Shown here piece by piece: positions 1-9,783 of a stretch of DNA of 37,566 nt; positions within the stretch are counted from its first letter, which is position 1; each line of letters opens with the position of its first letter. Position numbers and translations under genes: made by a program. Where the stretch lies: NCBI GenBank assembly GCA_002774225.1, contig PEYW01000029.1, forward strand, positions 1 to 37,566, written 5' to 3'. The notes under the pieces were generated by a model. It worked only from the letters and a program-made list of their open reading frames with translations. It searched no databases and was not told where the DNA came from. This DNA is from a candidate division WWE3 bacterium CG08_land_8_20_14_0_20_43_13 (lineage in GTDB: Bacteria; Patescibacteriota; WWE3; PEYW01).

Positions 1-46
1 TGCCTTTTTAACGATTGTTGATCAGACAACCGAAGTTCCAAGTATC

Positions 47-319
47 CTAACGAACCATGTCCTTTAAAGCCTTTCCGGAACGGAAAGCGGGACTCTTGCT
101 GGCGGCAATGTGCAAAGGAGCTCCAGTTTGAGGATTACGACCCATGCGAGGCTTGCGGGAACGGACTTCAAAAGTGCCAAAACCAGTAATGGTTACCTTC
201 TCACCACGAGCTAAAGCCGCGGAAATACCTTCAAATAAAACATCAACAAATCTTTTGGAATCGGATTTGGTCGCGCCTAGTTCGGCGGCCAAGTAATCAA
301 CTAAGTCAGTTTTAGTCAT
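47..319 (-). CDS. hup: HU family DNA-binding protein
   Basis: MTKTDLVD...ITGFGTF...RMGRNPQTG...PAFRSGKALK is the HU signature; start placed at ATG 319 (90 aa) rather than the track's TTG 355. Confidence 0.95.
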   Translation of the reverse strand: MTKTDLVDYLAAELGATKSDSKRFVDVLFEGISAALARGEKVTITGFGTFEVRSRKPRMGRNPQTGAPLHIAASKSPAFRSGKALKDMVR

Positions 320-429
320 ACAAATTAAAAAGCGGGTGTCACCTCCTTTAAACAAAAACGGTAACGGCAGAAAATATTATGTAGACAGGGTAAAGTAGTC
401 ATCATAAAACAGGTTGTGTACTGATGTTA

Positions 430-460
430 TTTATACCAATATGAAATAGGTTGTTGTCAA
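430..460 (-). promoter_or_regulatory. Putative sigma70 promoter for hup
   Basis: Minus strand TTGACA (455-460), 19-nt spacer, extended -10 TGG-TATAAA (hexamer 430-435); spacer longer than optimal. Confidence 0.45.
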
Positions 461-566
461 GGGCTTTTTTAACTATAAAGATATTTTTGCCTACTAAATT
501 TAATACAGGACTAAATCTTAATCGTTACAGGAATACTGGGCAGAAAGGATTAGTACCTCTTAAGAC

Positions 567-1367
567 TCAAAGAAAAGTTTTGTCAATGCGAATAATACTC
601 ACCGCTTGCCTGTTTTTACCGATCTCAATTAAAACACTATTAAAAACCCGCGCCCCTTCCTCCACCCACTCAAATTTTGTTGGGTAAGGGTACATCAATG
701 TTTCAATAATTACCTCCTTTGTTACTCCTAGTACCGAATCATAAGCGCCAGCCATACCAACATCGCTAACAAAAGCTGTCCCTTTGGGCAGTATTCTTTG
801 ATCGCAAGTAGGAACATGGGTGTGAGTGCCCACCACCGCGGAAACGCGCCCATCTAAATACCAAGCCAAGGCCGCCTTTTCAGCGGTAGTTTCGGCATGG
901 ATATCCACAATCACAGCGGAATAATCAGAAGGATTGCACTCTCTAAAAATCTTATCTATTGCTCTAAAAGGGCAAGAGGCAGGACTGGCGGTAGGAGAAG
1001 ACATTAAACCCAAACCAAGCAAATTTACTACTAAAACAATCCCTTTTCTTCCTAAATCAAGTTCAATAATACCCGAACCAGGAATATCTTCCGGATAGTT
1101 GGCCGGACGGGCCAAAGGCAAATCGTCTATAACGCTGATGATATCTCTATGACGAAAAATGTGGTCGCCAGATGTAAAGCCATTTACACCAACTAGCCGC
1201 AACTCTTCTAGCCGATCGGCCGAGACCCCACGACCATGAAGAATATTTTCGGCATTAGCTAATACCAAATCTACTTTATTTTCCTCCTTAATGCGAGGCA
1301 GAGCCTCTGCTACTGCCTGCCGGCCAAGCTTTGCCACTACATCACCAATAAAAAGAATTTTAATCAT
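567..1367 (-). CDS. ymdB: YmdB-family metallophosphoesterase
   Basis: ILFIGDVV, NAEN, TSGDH, RPANYP, DIHAETTAEK, GTHTHV, SDVGM motifs; directly downstream of rny. Confidence 0.92.
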   Translation of the reverse strand: MIKILFIGDVVAKLGRQAVAEALPRIKEENKVDLVLANAENILHGRGVSADRLEELRLVGVNGFTSGDHIFRHRDIISVIDDLPLARPANYPEDIPGSGIIELDLGRKGIVLVVNLLGLGLMSSPTASPASCPFRAIDKIFRECNPSDYSAVIVDIHAETTAEKAALAWYLDGRVSAVVGTHTHVPTCDQRILPKGTAFVSDVGMAGAYDSVLGVTKEVIIETLMYPYPTKFEWVEEGARVFNSVLIEIGKNRQAVSIIRIDKTFL

Positions 1368-1382
1368 CCCTAAATTAATAAA

Positions 1383-2945
1383 TTATCTTGCCATTTCAAC
1401 CGATCTAGTTTCTTTTATAACTGTCACCTTAACCTGCCCCGGATATGTTTGCTCGCTTTCAATTTTGTCGGCAATTGCCCTAGCAAGAACAGGAACCTTT
1501 GCGTCACTCAAACCTTCAGATTTAACAATAACACGAACCTCACGACCGGCAGAAACGGCGTAGGCCTCATGAACTTCCGGAAAAGAAGCGGCCGATTCCT
1601 CCAAAACGCGTATTCGTTCAATATATGCTTCATGATCTTCAAACCTAGCCCCAGGACGAGCGGCAGAAATTGCGTCTGCCAAGTAAACAATCACTGATTC
1701 CATTGAACTGAACGGCGCGTCTTCATGATGCTGCTCAACCGCATTAAGCACTTCTTTTGGCAAATTAAATTTCCTAAGTAAATCAACACCAAGCTGAACA
1801 TGCGTACCTTCCTCCTCGGTAATAACCTTGCCAATGTCGTGAAGTAAGCAGGCCAATCGTACTGTTCGAACATCCGCTCCAACTTCCATCGCCAAGGCCA
1901 CGCCAATCTTTACTACCTCCAATGTATGAGAAACCATATTTTGGCCATAGGAGCTGCGGTATTTAAATCTACCTAAAGTCAAAACAAGCCTTTCCGGCAG
2001 ATTAAAAACCTTGGCATCTAAACAAAGCTGATTACCGGCTTTTAAGATAGCCCGATCCACCTCTTTCTTGGCTCTTTGCACATACTCTTCTATCCGGGAA
2101 GGCTGAATCCGACCATCAGCTAAGAGCCTTTCTAACGCAAGTTTGGCGACCTCGCGCCTAACTGAATCAAAAGAAGATATTTGAATCGCGTCGGGTGTTT
2201 CATCTAAGATTACATCCACCCCGGTTTCTTTTTCAAACGACTTAATGTTACGGCCCTCCCTTCCGATTATACGGCCTTTCATTGATTCATCCGCCAAAGG
2301 AACAATTGACACGGTTGTTTCCGCTATGTAATCATGAGCACCTCGGCGCATTGCCTCCACCAAAATTTCCTTAGCCTTGTCATCCGATTGCTGTTTAATC
2401 GTTTCTTCCGCCTCTTTAATTTTTTGGCCGATAGCGATATCTAACTTTGATTGAACATTTGCCAAAATCTTTTCCCTTGCCTCATCGCGGCTCATTTGCG
2501 CCACCTGCTCAAACTTCTTGACAAGGTCCTGCCTTAACTTTTCTAAATCCTGCATTTTCTTGGAAATGCCCCTTTGCTGACCCTGAACATCGGTCTCTTT
2601 TTTCTCCAAGGAGGACAGTCGTTCCTCCAACTGCTCTTCTCTGCGGCTAAGACGTTTTTCCATTTCAAACATCTCTTGACGGGCTTTAGCCGATTCCGAT
2701 TCCGCCCGTCTCTTAATTTCTAGAGCTTCCTTTTCCGCCTCCAAAACCAACTCTTTAGCGCTAGCTTTGGCGGTAATAGCTTCCAGTGAAGACTCGAGAG
2801 AGGGTTTTACAGTAGCCTGGGCAGAAGTTTGAGGATACTCTTGCGAAGGAGAAGAAACGCTTGTTTTTTTTCGCTGGCTAGACCATAGGAATACCGCCCC
2901 GCCGGCCACAATAGCGGTTATTGATACCAAAATTACTGTTAACAT
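1383..2945 (-). CDS. rny: Ribonuclease Y
   Basis: N-terminal TM helix, coiled coil, KH domain (KGRIIGREGRNIK), HD domain (LLHDIGK). Confidence 0.96.
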   Translation of the reverse strand: MLTVILVSITAIVAGGAVFLWSSQRKKTSVSSPSQEYPQTSAQATVKPSLESSLEAITAKASAKELVLEAEKEALEIKRRAESESAKARQEMFEMEKRLSRREEQLEERLSSLEKKETDVQGQQRGISKKMQDLEKLRQDLVKKFEQVAQMSRDEAREKILANVQSKLDIAIGQKIKEAEETIKQQSDDKAKEILVEAMRRGAHDYIAETTVSIVPLADESMKGRIIGREGRNIKSFEKETGVDVILDETPDAIQISSFDSVRREVAKLALERLLADGRIQPSRIEEYVQRAKKEVDRAILKAGNQLCLDAKVFNLPERLVLTLGRFKYRSSYGQNMVSHTLEVVKIGVALAMEVGADVRTVRLACLLHDIGKVITEEEGTHVQLGVDLLRKFNLPKEVLNAVEQHHEDAPFSSMESVIVYLADAISAARPGARFEDHEAYIERIRVLEESAASFPEVHEAYAVSAGREVRVIVKSEGLSDAKVPVLARAIADKIESEQTYPGQVKVTVIKETRSVEMAR

Positions 2946-3010
2946 AGTAAAAAGCTGGTTGAGCTAAATTAAATAAATACATACACACCAACATAATAAA
3001 GCTTTTTGAT

Positions 3011-3667
3011 TTACCCGTCAAAGTTTTCGTAAGCTTCTTTTATCTCGTCCCAACCAAAACCGCGGCGGCGGAGAAAATCAAACAGTTTCTTTTTTGCCTG
3101 AACAGGAGAAAGTTTTTTATATTTTGGCCACACTTTTTGTGCCAAGGTGACAGCCCGCTGTTGATTAGTCTTTCCCAAGTCAAGCAGGGCCTGGGCGATA
3201 TCCTCATCACGCACCCCCTTAATTCGCAACTCTTGTTTAATAGTGTAATCACTCTTTGGTTGACGCGATTGAGCGCGAAAACTTGCCCACTGCTTGGCAA
3301 ATTCCTGATCGTTAAGGTAACCTCTTTCTTCCAAATAGTCGACGGTGCGCTCAATCGCGTTAAATAGATCTTCTTTGCCCAACCATCGCTGATAATGCTC
3401 CTCATATTTGGATATGCGGAAACGAAGATAGTTTGAAACTTCTTTTTTAGAGCGAGGGCGAAAAGAAATATAGTTAAAGGCACTGGCACGAAGACGAAGC
3501 GAAACATCTTGCCTAACAAGATCAGCAACTTGCTCTTGCGAAAGAATTTGCCCTTTTTTTAAGGAAATCGCTAAATCTACGAACAAGCCAAAAGAAAACT
3601 CACCATCAATGTAAACGCTAATCCGATTTACATTCTTAACTTGTGGTTGTAAAGAAGTAATGATCAA
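3011..3667 (-). CDS. recX: RecX regulatory protein (long form)
   Basis: RPRSKKE, GYLNDQEFA, IKQELRIKGV, LRRRGF motifs; immediately downstream of recA; TTG start. Confidence 0.9.
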   Translation of the reverse strand: MIITSLQPQVKNVNRISVYIDGEFSFGLFVDLAISLKKGQILSQEQVADLVRQDVSLRLRASAFNYISFRPRSKKEVSNYLRFRISKYEEHYQRWLGKEDLFNAIERTVDYLEERGYLNDQEFAKQWASFRAQSRQPKSDYTIKQELRIKGVRDEDIAQALLDLGKTNQQRAVTLAQKVWPKYKKLSPVQAKKKLFDFLRRRGFGWDEIKEAYENFDG

Positions 3668-3669
3668 AA

Positions 3670-4746
3670 TTATTCTTCGTTCTCACCAGATTTCTCTTTT
3701 GAGGATTCCCCAACCGCCAACGGTAATTCTTTATCTTGGTTAATTTGAGCTCTTATCTGTTGCTCTAAACGGGCAGCCAATTCTTTATTTTCCACTAAAA
3801 ATGACTTGGCGCCCTCTCGACCCTGACCAAGCCTAGTCTCGCCCATGCTAAACCAAGCACCGCTCTTTTGCACCAAGTCCAAATCCACCCCCACGTCAAT
3901 CAAACCACCCTCGTGGCTTATGCCTTTGTCAAACATTATGTCAAATTCCGCCTGCCTAAAAGGTGCCGCCACCTTATTTTTTACTACTTTAACACGCACA
4001 TGGTTACCGGATACCACATCACCTTCTTTAATTGATTCCACTCGACGAATATCCAGCCGCACGGAAGCATAGAATTTTAGGGCGTTGCCGCCGGTAGTGG
4101 TTTCCGGATTGCCGAACATTACTCCAATTTTCATGCGAATCTGGTTGGTAAAAACAACGGTGCAAGAAGTGCGGCTAATTGCTCCGGCTAATTTACGCAT
4201 TGCTTGGGACATTAGACGCGCCTGCAAGCCCATGTGAGAATCACCCATCTCCCCTTCGATCTCTGCCCGCGGCACCAACGCCGCCACTGAATCAATAACA
4301 ACAAGATCCACCGCCCCGGAACGAACAAGTGTTTCAACAATCTCCAAAGCTTGTTCACCAGTGTCTGGCTGACTAATAAGTAAATTCTTTACATCCACCC
4401 CAATTCGCCCGGCATACATTGGATCTAAAGCGTGCTCTGCGTCAATAAAAGCCGCGGTACCGCCCAATCGTTGACATTGCGCCACCGCATGCAAAGTTAA
4501 GGTGGTTTTACCAGAGGATTCTGGACCAAAAATTTCAATAATCCGTCCTTTAGGTAAACCGCCAACCCCCAAAGCGATGTCAAGAGCGATAGAGCCGGTG
4601 GGAATGATCTCCACATTTAAGTGTCGGCGCTCCCCCAAACGCATAATGGAACCTTTTCCGTAATCTTTTTCTATTTGGGCAATGGCAGAATTAAGAGCTT
4701 GAAGCTTCTGGGTTTGTTGCGCAATCGGTACTGCTGGTTCTGGCAT
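3670..4746 (-). CDS. recA: Recombinase RecA
   Basis: GPESSGKTT Walker [28 protein letters not shown]; start placed at ATG 4746. Confidence 0.98.
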   Translation of the reverse strand: MPEPAVPIAQQTQKLQALNSAIAQIEKDYGKGSIMRLGERRHLNVEIIPTGSIALDIALGVGGLPKGRIIEIFGPESSGKTTLTLHAVAQCQRLGGTAAFIDAEHALDPMYAGRIGVDVKNLLISQPDTGEQALEIVETLVRSGAVDLVVIDSVAALVPRAEIEGEMGDSHMGLQARLMSQAMRKLAGAISRTSCTVVFTNQIRMKIGVMFGNPETTTGGNALKFYASVRLDIRRVESIKEGDVVSGNHVRVKVVKNKVAAPFRQAEFDIMFDKGISHEGGLIDVGVDLDLVQKSGAWFSMGETRLGQGREGAKSFLVENKELAARLEQQIRAQINQDKELPLAVGESSKEKSGENEE

Positions 4747-4769
4747 AAAGCATGATGTAAAATTAAAAT

Positions 4770-5378
4770 ATGAGTATCTTCTTAAAAATACCACATAATG
4801 CCGAACAGGAAAAAGATATCAGAACATCAACAGGCAACATAAGAAGGCTTGCCGCAATAAGTGAGGGTGAGGAGACAAAGAAATCTAAAGTATTTTTGTC
4901 GTCAGAGAAAGCTGGAAACACTAGAGAAGTTGGAACATTCATAAAAAAGGAATTCACCTCAATGCAAAGAGCATTAAACGAAGCAATGAAGGCAGATAGA
5001 ATGAGAAAGGTCGGTTTACCCGTACCAAATACCATTAGATATTTTGAAGATGATGAAGGAAAACCCAGCCTTCTAATCTCCGATCTTAGTGTTAGCGGTG
5101 AAAAACAAGTGTGGTCAATAAACAATAATCAGCAAGAGCTTGCTCTAAGCCAAGACGAGAGGGACTTTGTAGAAGAGAGAGTTAAGAAAATAGGACTAGA
5201 GGCAGCGAAAAAAGGTTTCATGATAAATGCAGACGCCTATTTTATAGTTAAAGATGGACAAAACATAGAAATCGTAATTGGTGATTTTGGAATTGGTGTA
5301 GCGCAAAGCAATATGAACACAGAAAAAACAAAAATCTTCAATACGCGAATGGCTTCAAGATTTAACAACTTCCTGTAG
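4770..5378 (+). CDS. Hypothetical protein, probable atypical protein-kinase-like fold
   Basis: 202-aa ORF with ISEGE..SKVF, FIKK, NE...GLPVP, LLISDL and IVIGDFG in kinase-like order; no HRD motif. Confidence 0.6.
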   Translation: MSIFLKIPHNAEQEKDIRTSTGNIRRLAAISEGEETKKSKVFLSSEKAGNTREVGTFIKKEFTSMQRALNEAMKADRMRKVGLPVPNTIRYFEDDEGKPSLLISDLSVSGEKQVWSINNNQQELALSQDERDFVEERVKKIGLEAAKKGFMINADAYFIVKDGQNIEIVIGDFGIGVAQSNMNTEKTKIFNTRMASRFNNFL

Positions 5379-5415
5379 GCAATACAGGTAAAACAAATCT
5401 AATCTTAACAAACAT

Positions 5416-6477
5416 ATGAGACAAAAAAATAAAGTACCTGTAAAAAATACAATTTTAGTCGCTATGTCGGGCGGAATAGACTCCAGTATCACCGCTATTT
5501 TGCTTAAAAAGCAGGGGAACAATGTTGCTGGGGTCACTTTTACCCACCAGCTCCAAAAAGACGCTACCGCCGCCTCCAGAGCCTCGCAGGTATGCCAGAA
5601 GTATGAAATCCCTCACCACACGGTAAATTTAGAAGAAGAATTTAAGAAAACAGTATTGGCTGAATTTAGAGGCGATCTGCTGGCAGGCAAGACACCTAAC
5701 CCCTGCGTTTTTTGCAATCGTTTCTTCAAGTTCGCTAACCTTATTAAACTGGCCGATCAGCTTGGATACGAAAGAATTGCCACCGGCCATTACGCTAGAG
5801 TGGTTGAAAATAATGATAACATACAATTAAAAAAAGCAGCCGATACTACCAAGGACCAAACCTATTACTTAGCAATGTTAACACAAAAACAGCTCTCCCG
5901 ATGCCTATTCCCTCTTGGCGAATACACAAAAAATGAAGTTCGGAATATAGCAAAAAAGGAGGGTTTAGATTTTTTGCTCCACCAGCAGGAGAGCCAAGAT
6001 TTATGTTTTGTCATCCAGAAAAATGTTACTGAATTTATTAAGCGGGACATTCAAGAACAGCCAGGACAAATAATAGATACGCAAGGAAATATCCTCGGAA
6101 AGCACACCAGTCTATGGCGATACACATTAGGCCAAAAAAGGTCTTTAAATTTGCCGGTTCCTATACCATACTTTGTAGTAGAAAAAGACAATAATACCAA
6201 TACTCTAATAGTCAGTGCCAATCCCCACGATCCGCGATTATTTTCCACAAAAGCCTTTATTGAACCGGTGAATTATATTTCCGACACTAAATTGCCTCTC
6301 GCCTGTCAAGCCCAAATAAGGTATCAGAGCCAACTTGCGTCGGTTGTTGTGAGAAAAAACAAGGACGGCCGCATCCAAGTAGTATTTACAGAGCCACAAA
6401 AAGCCCTTACTCCAGGACAATATATAGTTTTTTATCAGGGCGATATTTGCTTGGGAGGAGGAAAAATTAGCGCTTAG
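5416..6477 (+). CDS. mnmA: tRNA 2-thiouridylase MnmA
   Basis: AMSGGIDS PP-loop, NPCVFCN, ATGHYAR, KDQTY, ESQDLCF, TPGQ. Confidence 0.96.
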   Translation: MRQKNKVPVKNTILVAMSGGIDSSITAILLKKQGNNVAGVTFTHQLQKDATAASRASQVCQKYEIPHHTVNLEEEFKKTVLAEFRGDLLAGKTPNPCVFCNRFFKFANLIKLADQLGYERIATGHYARVVENNDNIQLKKAADTTKDQTYYLAMLTQKQLSRCLFPLGEYTKNEVRNIAKKEGLDFLLHQQESQDLCFVIQKNVTEFIKRDIQEQPGQIIDTQGNILGKHTSLWRYTLGQKRSLNLPVPIPYFVVEKDNNTNTLIVSANPHDPRLFSTKAFIEPVNYISDTKLPLACQAQIRYQSQLASVVVRKNKDGRIQVVFTEPQKALTPGQYIVFYQGDICLGGGKISA

Positions 6478-6931
6478 AAAACTGATGGGCGCGGCGAGCT
6501 TTATGGAGATTATACTTTTTAGTTTCTACCATACGCGGGTCGCGGGTGAGAAGACCGCGCTTACGCAAAACCTCCCGTTGAGAAGGATCAAATTCCAAAA
6601 CTGCTCTAGCTAAGCCTAGACGAAGGGCATCAAGCTGACCAGTTATACCTCCCCCATTAATTTTAGCGGAAAAACAGACTTTATTTATTGGCAGAGCGCA
6701 AGCAAAAAGAGGTTCTAAATACCGTTGGCGAAGATCTTCCCCAGGAAAGTATTGTTCTACCGAAATACCGTTAACAATCATTTGACCAACCTTTGATAAA
6801 GAGGGCTCGCCTTTTGGGTAGAACCATACCCTAGCTACGGAAGTTTTACGGCGCCCTAATCCAGAATACTCAATTTTTAAACCCAGTTGGGCAATACTAT
6901 CTTTGTTTTTGTCAATATTTCTTTGAGACAT
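6467..6931 (-). CDS. rpsI: 30S ribosomal protein S9
   Basis: GRRKTSVARV, GGGITGQ, LLTRDPR, C-terminal QFSKR; start at ATG 6931. Confidence 0.96.
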   Translation of the reverse strand: MSQRNIDKNKDSIAQLGLKIEYSGLGRRKTSVARVWFYPKGEPSLSKVGQMIVNGISVEQYFPGEDLRQRYLEPLFACALPINKVCFSAKINGGGITGQLDALRLGLARAVLEFDPSQREVLRKRGLLTRDPRMVETKKYNLHKARRAHQFSKR

Positions 6932-6941
6932 ATTAAAAAAT

Positions 6942-7373
6942 CTAATCGCGTTCTGATGCTCCAATTTGAGCTTTGTGAGGGGTTTCCTCGCCTCTATAAA
7001 TTTTTAAACGGGTCATCTGACGATCGGCTAACTTATTCTTAGGCAACATCCCCTTAACTGCTAATCTAATGATCTCTTCCGGATGGCGCTGCTGCAACTT
7101 ATCAAACCGTTCCTGTTTTAAGTTGCCAATGTACCCGGAATGACGGTAGTACATTTTTTTAGTCTCTTTACCACGAGTCAGTTGTACTTGAGAAGCATTA
7201 GTCACAACAACATAATCCCCACAATCAATATTTGGAGTATAGTGCGGTTTTCCTTTACCACGGAGGAGACTGGCTACTGTTGTAGCCTGTCTTCCCAAGA
7301 CCTCACCGCCAACATCAATATGGTGCCAAGCTCTTTTTACTTGTTCTAACTTAACCGATAATGTTTTATCCAT
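6942..7373 (-). CDS. rplM: 50S ribosomal protein L13
   Basis: LRGKGKP, GDYVVV, YYRHSGY, VKGMLPKN. Confidence 0.96.
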   Translation of the reverse strand: MDKTLSVKLEQVKRAWHHIDVGGEVLGRQATTVASLLRGKGKPHYTPNIDCGDYVVVTNASQVQLTRGKETKKMYYRHSGYIGNLKQERFDKLQQRHPEEIIRLAVKGMLPKNKLADRQMTRLKIYRGEETPHKAQIGASERD

Positions 7374-7377
7374 ACAG

Positions 7378-7821
7378 TTAACTTTGATTTTCTAAGGTTT
7401 CTTGAACTTTACCTGACTTATTTTCAGATTTTTTGGCGGTCGGCTGATCAAAAACCTTTTTAATGGGATTATCTATTAACTCTAAACGAGCCATTTCCGC
7501 GGAATCGCCTTTTCTAAAATTAAGCCTAATCAAACGAGTATAACCACCCGACCTGTTTATAAACAACGGAACTATTTTTTCCCACAAGTTAGAAAAGGAT
7601 TCTTTGTTATTCAAAAAAGTTAGCAGTTCTCTACATTGGTAAAGACCTTGCTGCTTAGCTTTGGTTATTAATTTTTCAACCACCGGCCTAATCATGCGAG
7701 CTTTAGCTCCAGTAGTTTCTAAATACCCGCGGATAAAAAAACTCGATGCCATATTGCGGCGCATCGCCTTTAGATGATCCCTTTGTTTATTTAATTTTAA
7801 CCGTTTAACTCTATGGCGCAT
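7378..7821 (-). CDS. rplQ: 50S ribosomal protein L17
   Basis: MRHR, EKLITKAK, RSGGYTR, RKGDSAEMA. Confidence 0.95.
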   Translation of the reverse strand: MRHRVKRLKLNKQRDHLKAMRRNMASSFFIRGYLETTGAKARMIRPVVEKLITKAKQQGLYQCRELLTFLNNKESFSNLWEKIVPLFINRSGGYTRLIRLNFRKGDSAEMARLELIDNPIKKVFDQPTAKKSENKSGKVQETLENQS

Positions 7822-7830
7822 AAGAACTAA

Positions 7831-8763
7831 TTATGATACAAAGCCTTCTGACTCCAAAGTTTTTTTGATTTTTTCCAAGGATTTTCCACCCACATTTCTG
7901 ATTTTTCGCAGAGTCTCCTCGGAAGTTTTGGACAAGTCTCCCAAGGTTTCGATGCCGCCTTTCTTTAAACTGTTTATAATTCTAATCGGTAAATTCAAAT
8001 CGTCAACCGGAATATCTTTATCTTTAGCCGAAAGAATGTCTTCCTCATTTTCAACTACAGCATCTTGATCGGGTAAAGCCTTAACCACCTGACCCATTTT
8101 TAAACGATCAAAATAATCACCCAAAATAGTGGCGGCGTGGACAAAAGCCTGTTGGGGAGAGATACTGCCATCGGTGGTAATATCCAAAGTCAATTTATCC
8201 AAATTTGTTTGCTGGCCAACACGGGCGGTGTTAACCTCGTAGGACACGGAAAAAACAGGACTATAAATACTGTCCAAGACAATCACTCCAAGTTTATCTG
8301 ATTCCTGCCCGTCACACATTGTGTAACCATAACCTGGTGAGGCCAATATCTCCATCTCCAATTTAACATTTTTGTCGGACAAATCCGCGATAACCAAGTC
8401 CTTATTAATCACCTCACAGTCACCACCAGTTTTAATATCCGCCGCGGTAACTTCCCCTGGACCCTGTTTGCTAATCTGCAAAACCACGGTTTGGTCACCA
8501 AAAATCTTTAGCCTTATTTGCTTAAGACGCAAAGTTAGTTCCAAAACATCCTGCTTAACACCAGGGACATTAGAAAACTTATGAGAAACGCCTTTTATCT
8601 TAACCTGGGTTACCGCCGCGCCTTTAATCTGGCTAAGCAATATACGACGCAAAGAATTCCCTAAGGTATGACCAAACCCGGTAGGAAGAGGACTTACTTC
8701 CAATAAGCCTCTATTTTTGGATTGGCTAATCAACTTAACACTAACATCTGATGGTAAAATCAT
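7831..8763 (-). CDS. rpoA: RNA polymerase subunit alpha
   Basis: GFGHTLGNSLRRILLS, alpha-CTD RIINSLK...NVGGKSLEKI. Confidence 0.96.
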   Translation of the reverse strand: MILPSDVSVKLISQSKNRGLLEVSPLPTGFGHTLGNSLRRILLSQIKGAAVTQVKIKGVSHKFSNVPGVKQDVLELTLRLKQIRLKIFGDQTVVLQISKQGPGEVTAADIKTGGDCEVINKDLVIADLSDKNVKLEMEILASPGYGYTMCDGQESDKLGVIVLDSIYSPVFSVSYEVNTARVGQQTNLDKLTLDITTDGSISPQQAFVHAATILGDYFDRLKMGQVVKALPDQDAVVENEEDILSAKDKDIPVDDLNLPIRIINSLKKGGIETLGDLSKTSEETLRKIRNVGGKSLEKIKKTLESEGFVS

Positions 8764-8766
8764 AAA

Positions 8767-9366
8767 TTACCTTGAGTAATGCTCAATAATTAACTGTTCA
8801 TTAATATCTTGATTAATCTGTTCTCTTTTTGGGTATTTTTCCATAGTACCTCGCTTTTTTGAAATGTCCCAAGAAAGCCATGCTGGCAAAGCAGCATCGC
8901 GAACTAGCGGTTGATCCTTGTTGGTAAAGGATATCACTAAACCTGGCTTAACTTTAAAAGAAGGAGATTTTACCACCTTTTCCCCCACCTGAATTCTGCC
9001 ATATCTAATAAACTGCCTAGCTTGACCGCGGGAAGCAGTCATTCCCAAAGAGTACACAATGTTATCCAAACGGCTCTCTAACAGAGCCATAAAGGCATGA
9101 CCCACATTGCCAGTTTCCAAAGAAGCGATTTCAAAGTATCGTCTAAATTGCCTCTCTAAAAGACCGTATGTTCTCTTTGCTTTTTGCTTTTCTCTTAAGC
9201 CGCGGCCATAGTCAGAAAGCCTTTTACGAGAGGTGCCATGAACACCGGGAGCTTGTTGGCGACGCGTTAGACCACATTTATCAGACAAACAGCGGCTGCC
9301 TTTAATAAAAAGTTTTGCTCCTTCACGGCGGCATAATTTGCATTTTGGTCCAATATATCTAGCCAT
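8767..9366 (-). CDS. rpsD: 30S ribosomal protein S4 (Zn-ribbon type)
   Basis: MARYIGPKCKLCRREG, LREKQK, LESRLDN, C-terminal EHYSR. Confidence 0.96.
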   Translation of the reverse strand: MARYIGPKCKLCRREGAKLFIKGSRCLSDKCGLTRRQQAPGVHGTSRKRLSDYGRGLREKQKAKRTYGLLERQFRRYFEIASLETGNVGHAFMALLESRLDNIVYSLGMTASRGQARQFIRYGRIQVGEKVVKSPSFKVKPGLVISFTNKDQPLVRDAALPAWLSWDISKKRGTMEKYPKREQINQDINEQLIIEHYSR

Positions 9367-9377
9367 ATAATCAAATC

Positions 9378-9779
9378 CTATACCTTACGCCTGTTTTTGG
9401 GACGGCATCCATTATGAGGCAGAGGAGTTGTATCTGCAATTGACCGAACCCTTAAACCGGCGGTTCTCAACATTTTTACTGCTCCAATCCTTCCCGGACC
9501 AGGTCCTTTAACAAAAACGGAAACCTCATTAACACCCAAATTGATAGCTCTTTTAGCCGCGTCTTCCGCTGCCTTTTCTGCCGCGTAGGATGTTGATTTT
9601 CTCGTCCCTTTAAAACCCATACGGCCGCAACTACTAGAACAAACTGTTTTACCGCTCAAGTCGGTAATTGTGATAATAGTATTGTTAAAAGAAGCGGTCA
9701 CAACCGCTCTCCCAGAAGATGAGTATCTCTTTTTTCTTCTATCCACGCTTGTACTGACAGGCTTAGTTTGTTCTTCCAT
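9378..9779 (-). CDS. rpsK: 30S ribosomal protein S11
   Basis: ASFNNT, GFKGTRKST, KGPGPGR, PHNGCRP. Confidence 0.96.
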   Translation of the reverse strand: MEEQTKPVSTSVDRRKKRYSSSGRAVVTASFNNTIITITDLSGKTVCSSSCGRMGFKGTRKSTSYAAEKAAEDAAKRAINLGVNEVSVFVKGPGPGRIGAVKMLRTAGLRVRSIADTTPLPHNGCRPKNRRKV

Positions 9780-9783
9780 AAAC

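Noticed and set aside
1..46. Terminator downstream of hup
   Set aside because: Only a weak 7-bp stem without a U tract; any real terminator may lie beyond the window edge.
4763..5125. 120-aa minus-strand ORF co-directional with recA
   Set aside because: Antisense shadow of the longer 202-aa plus-strand ORF, which has more protein-like composition and ordered motifs.
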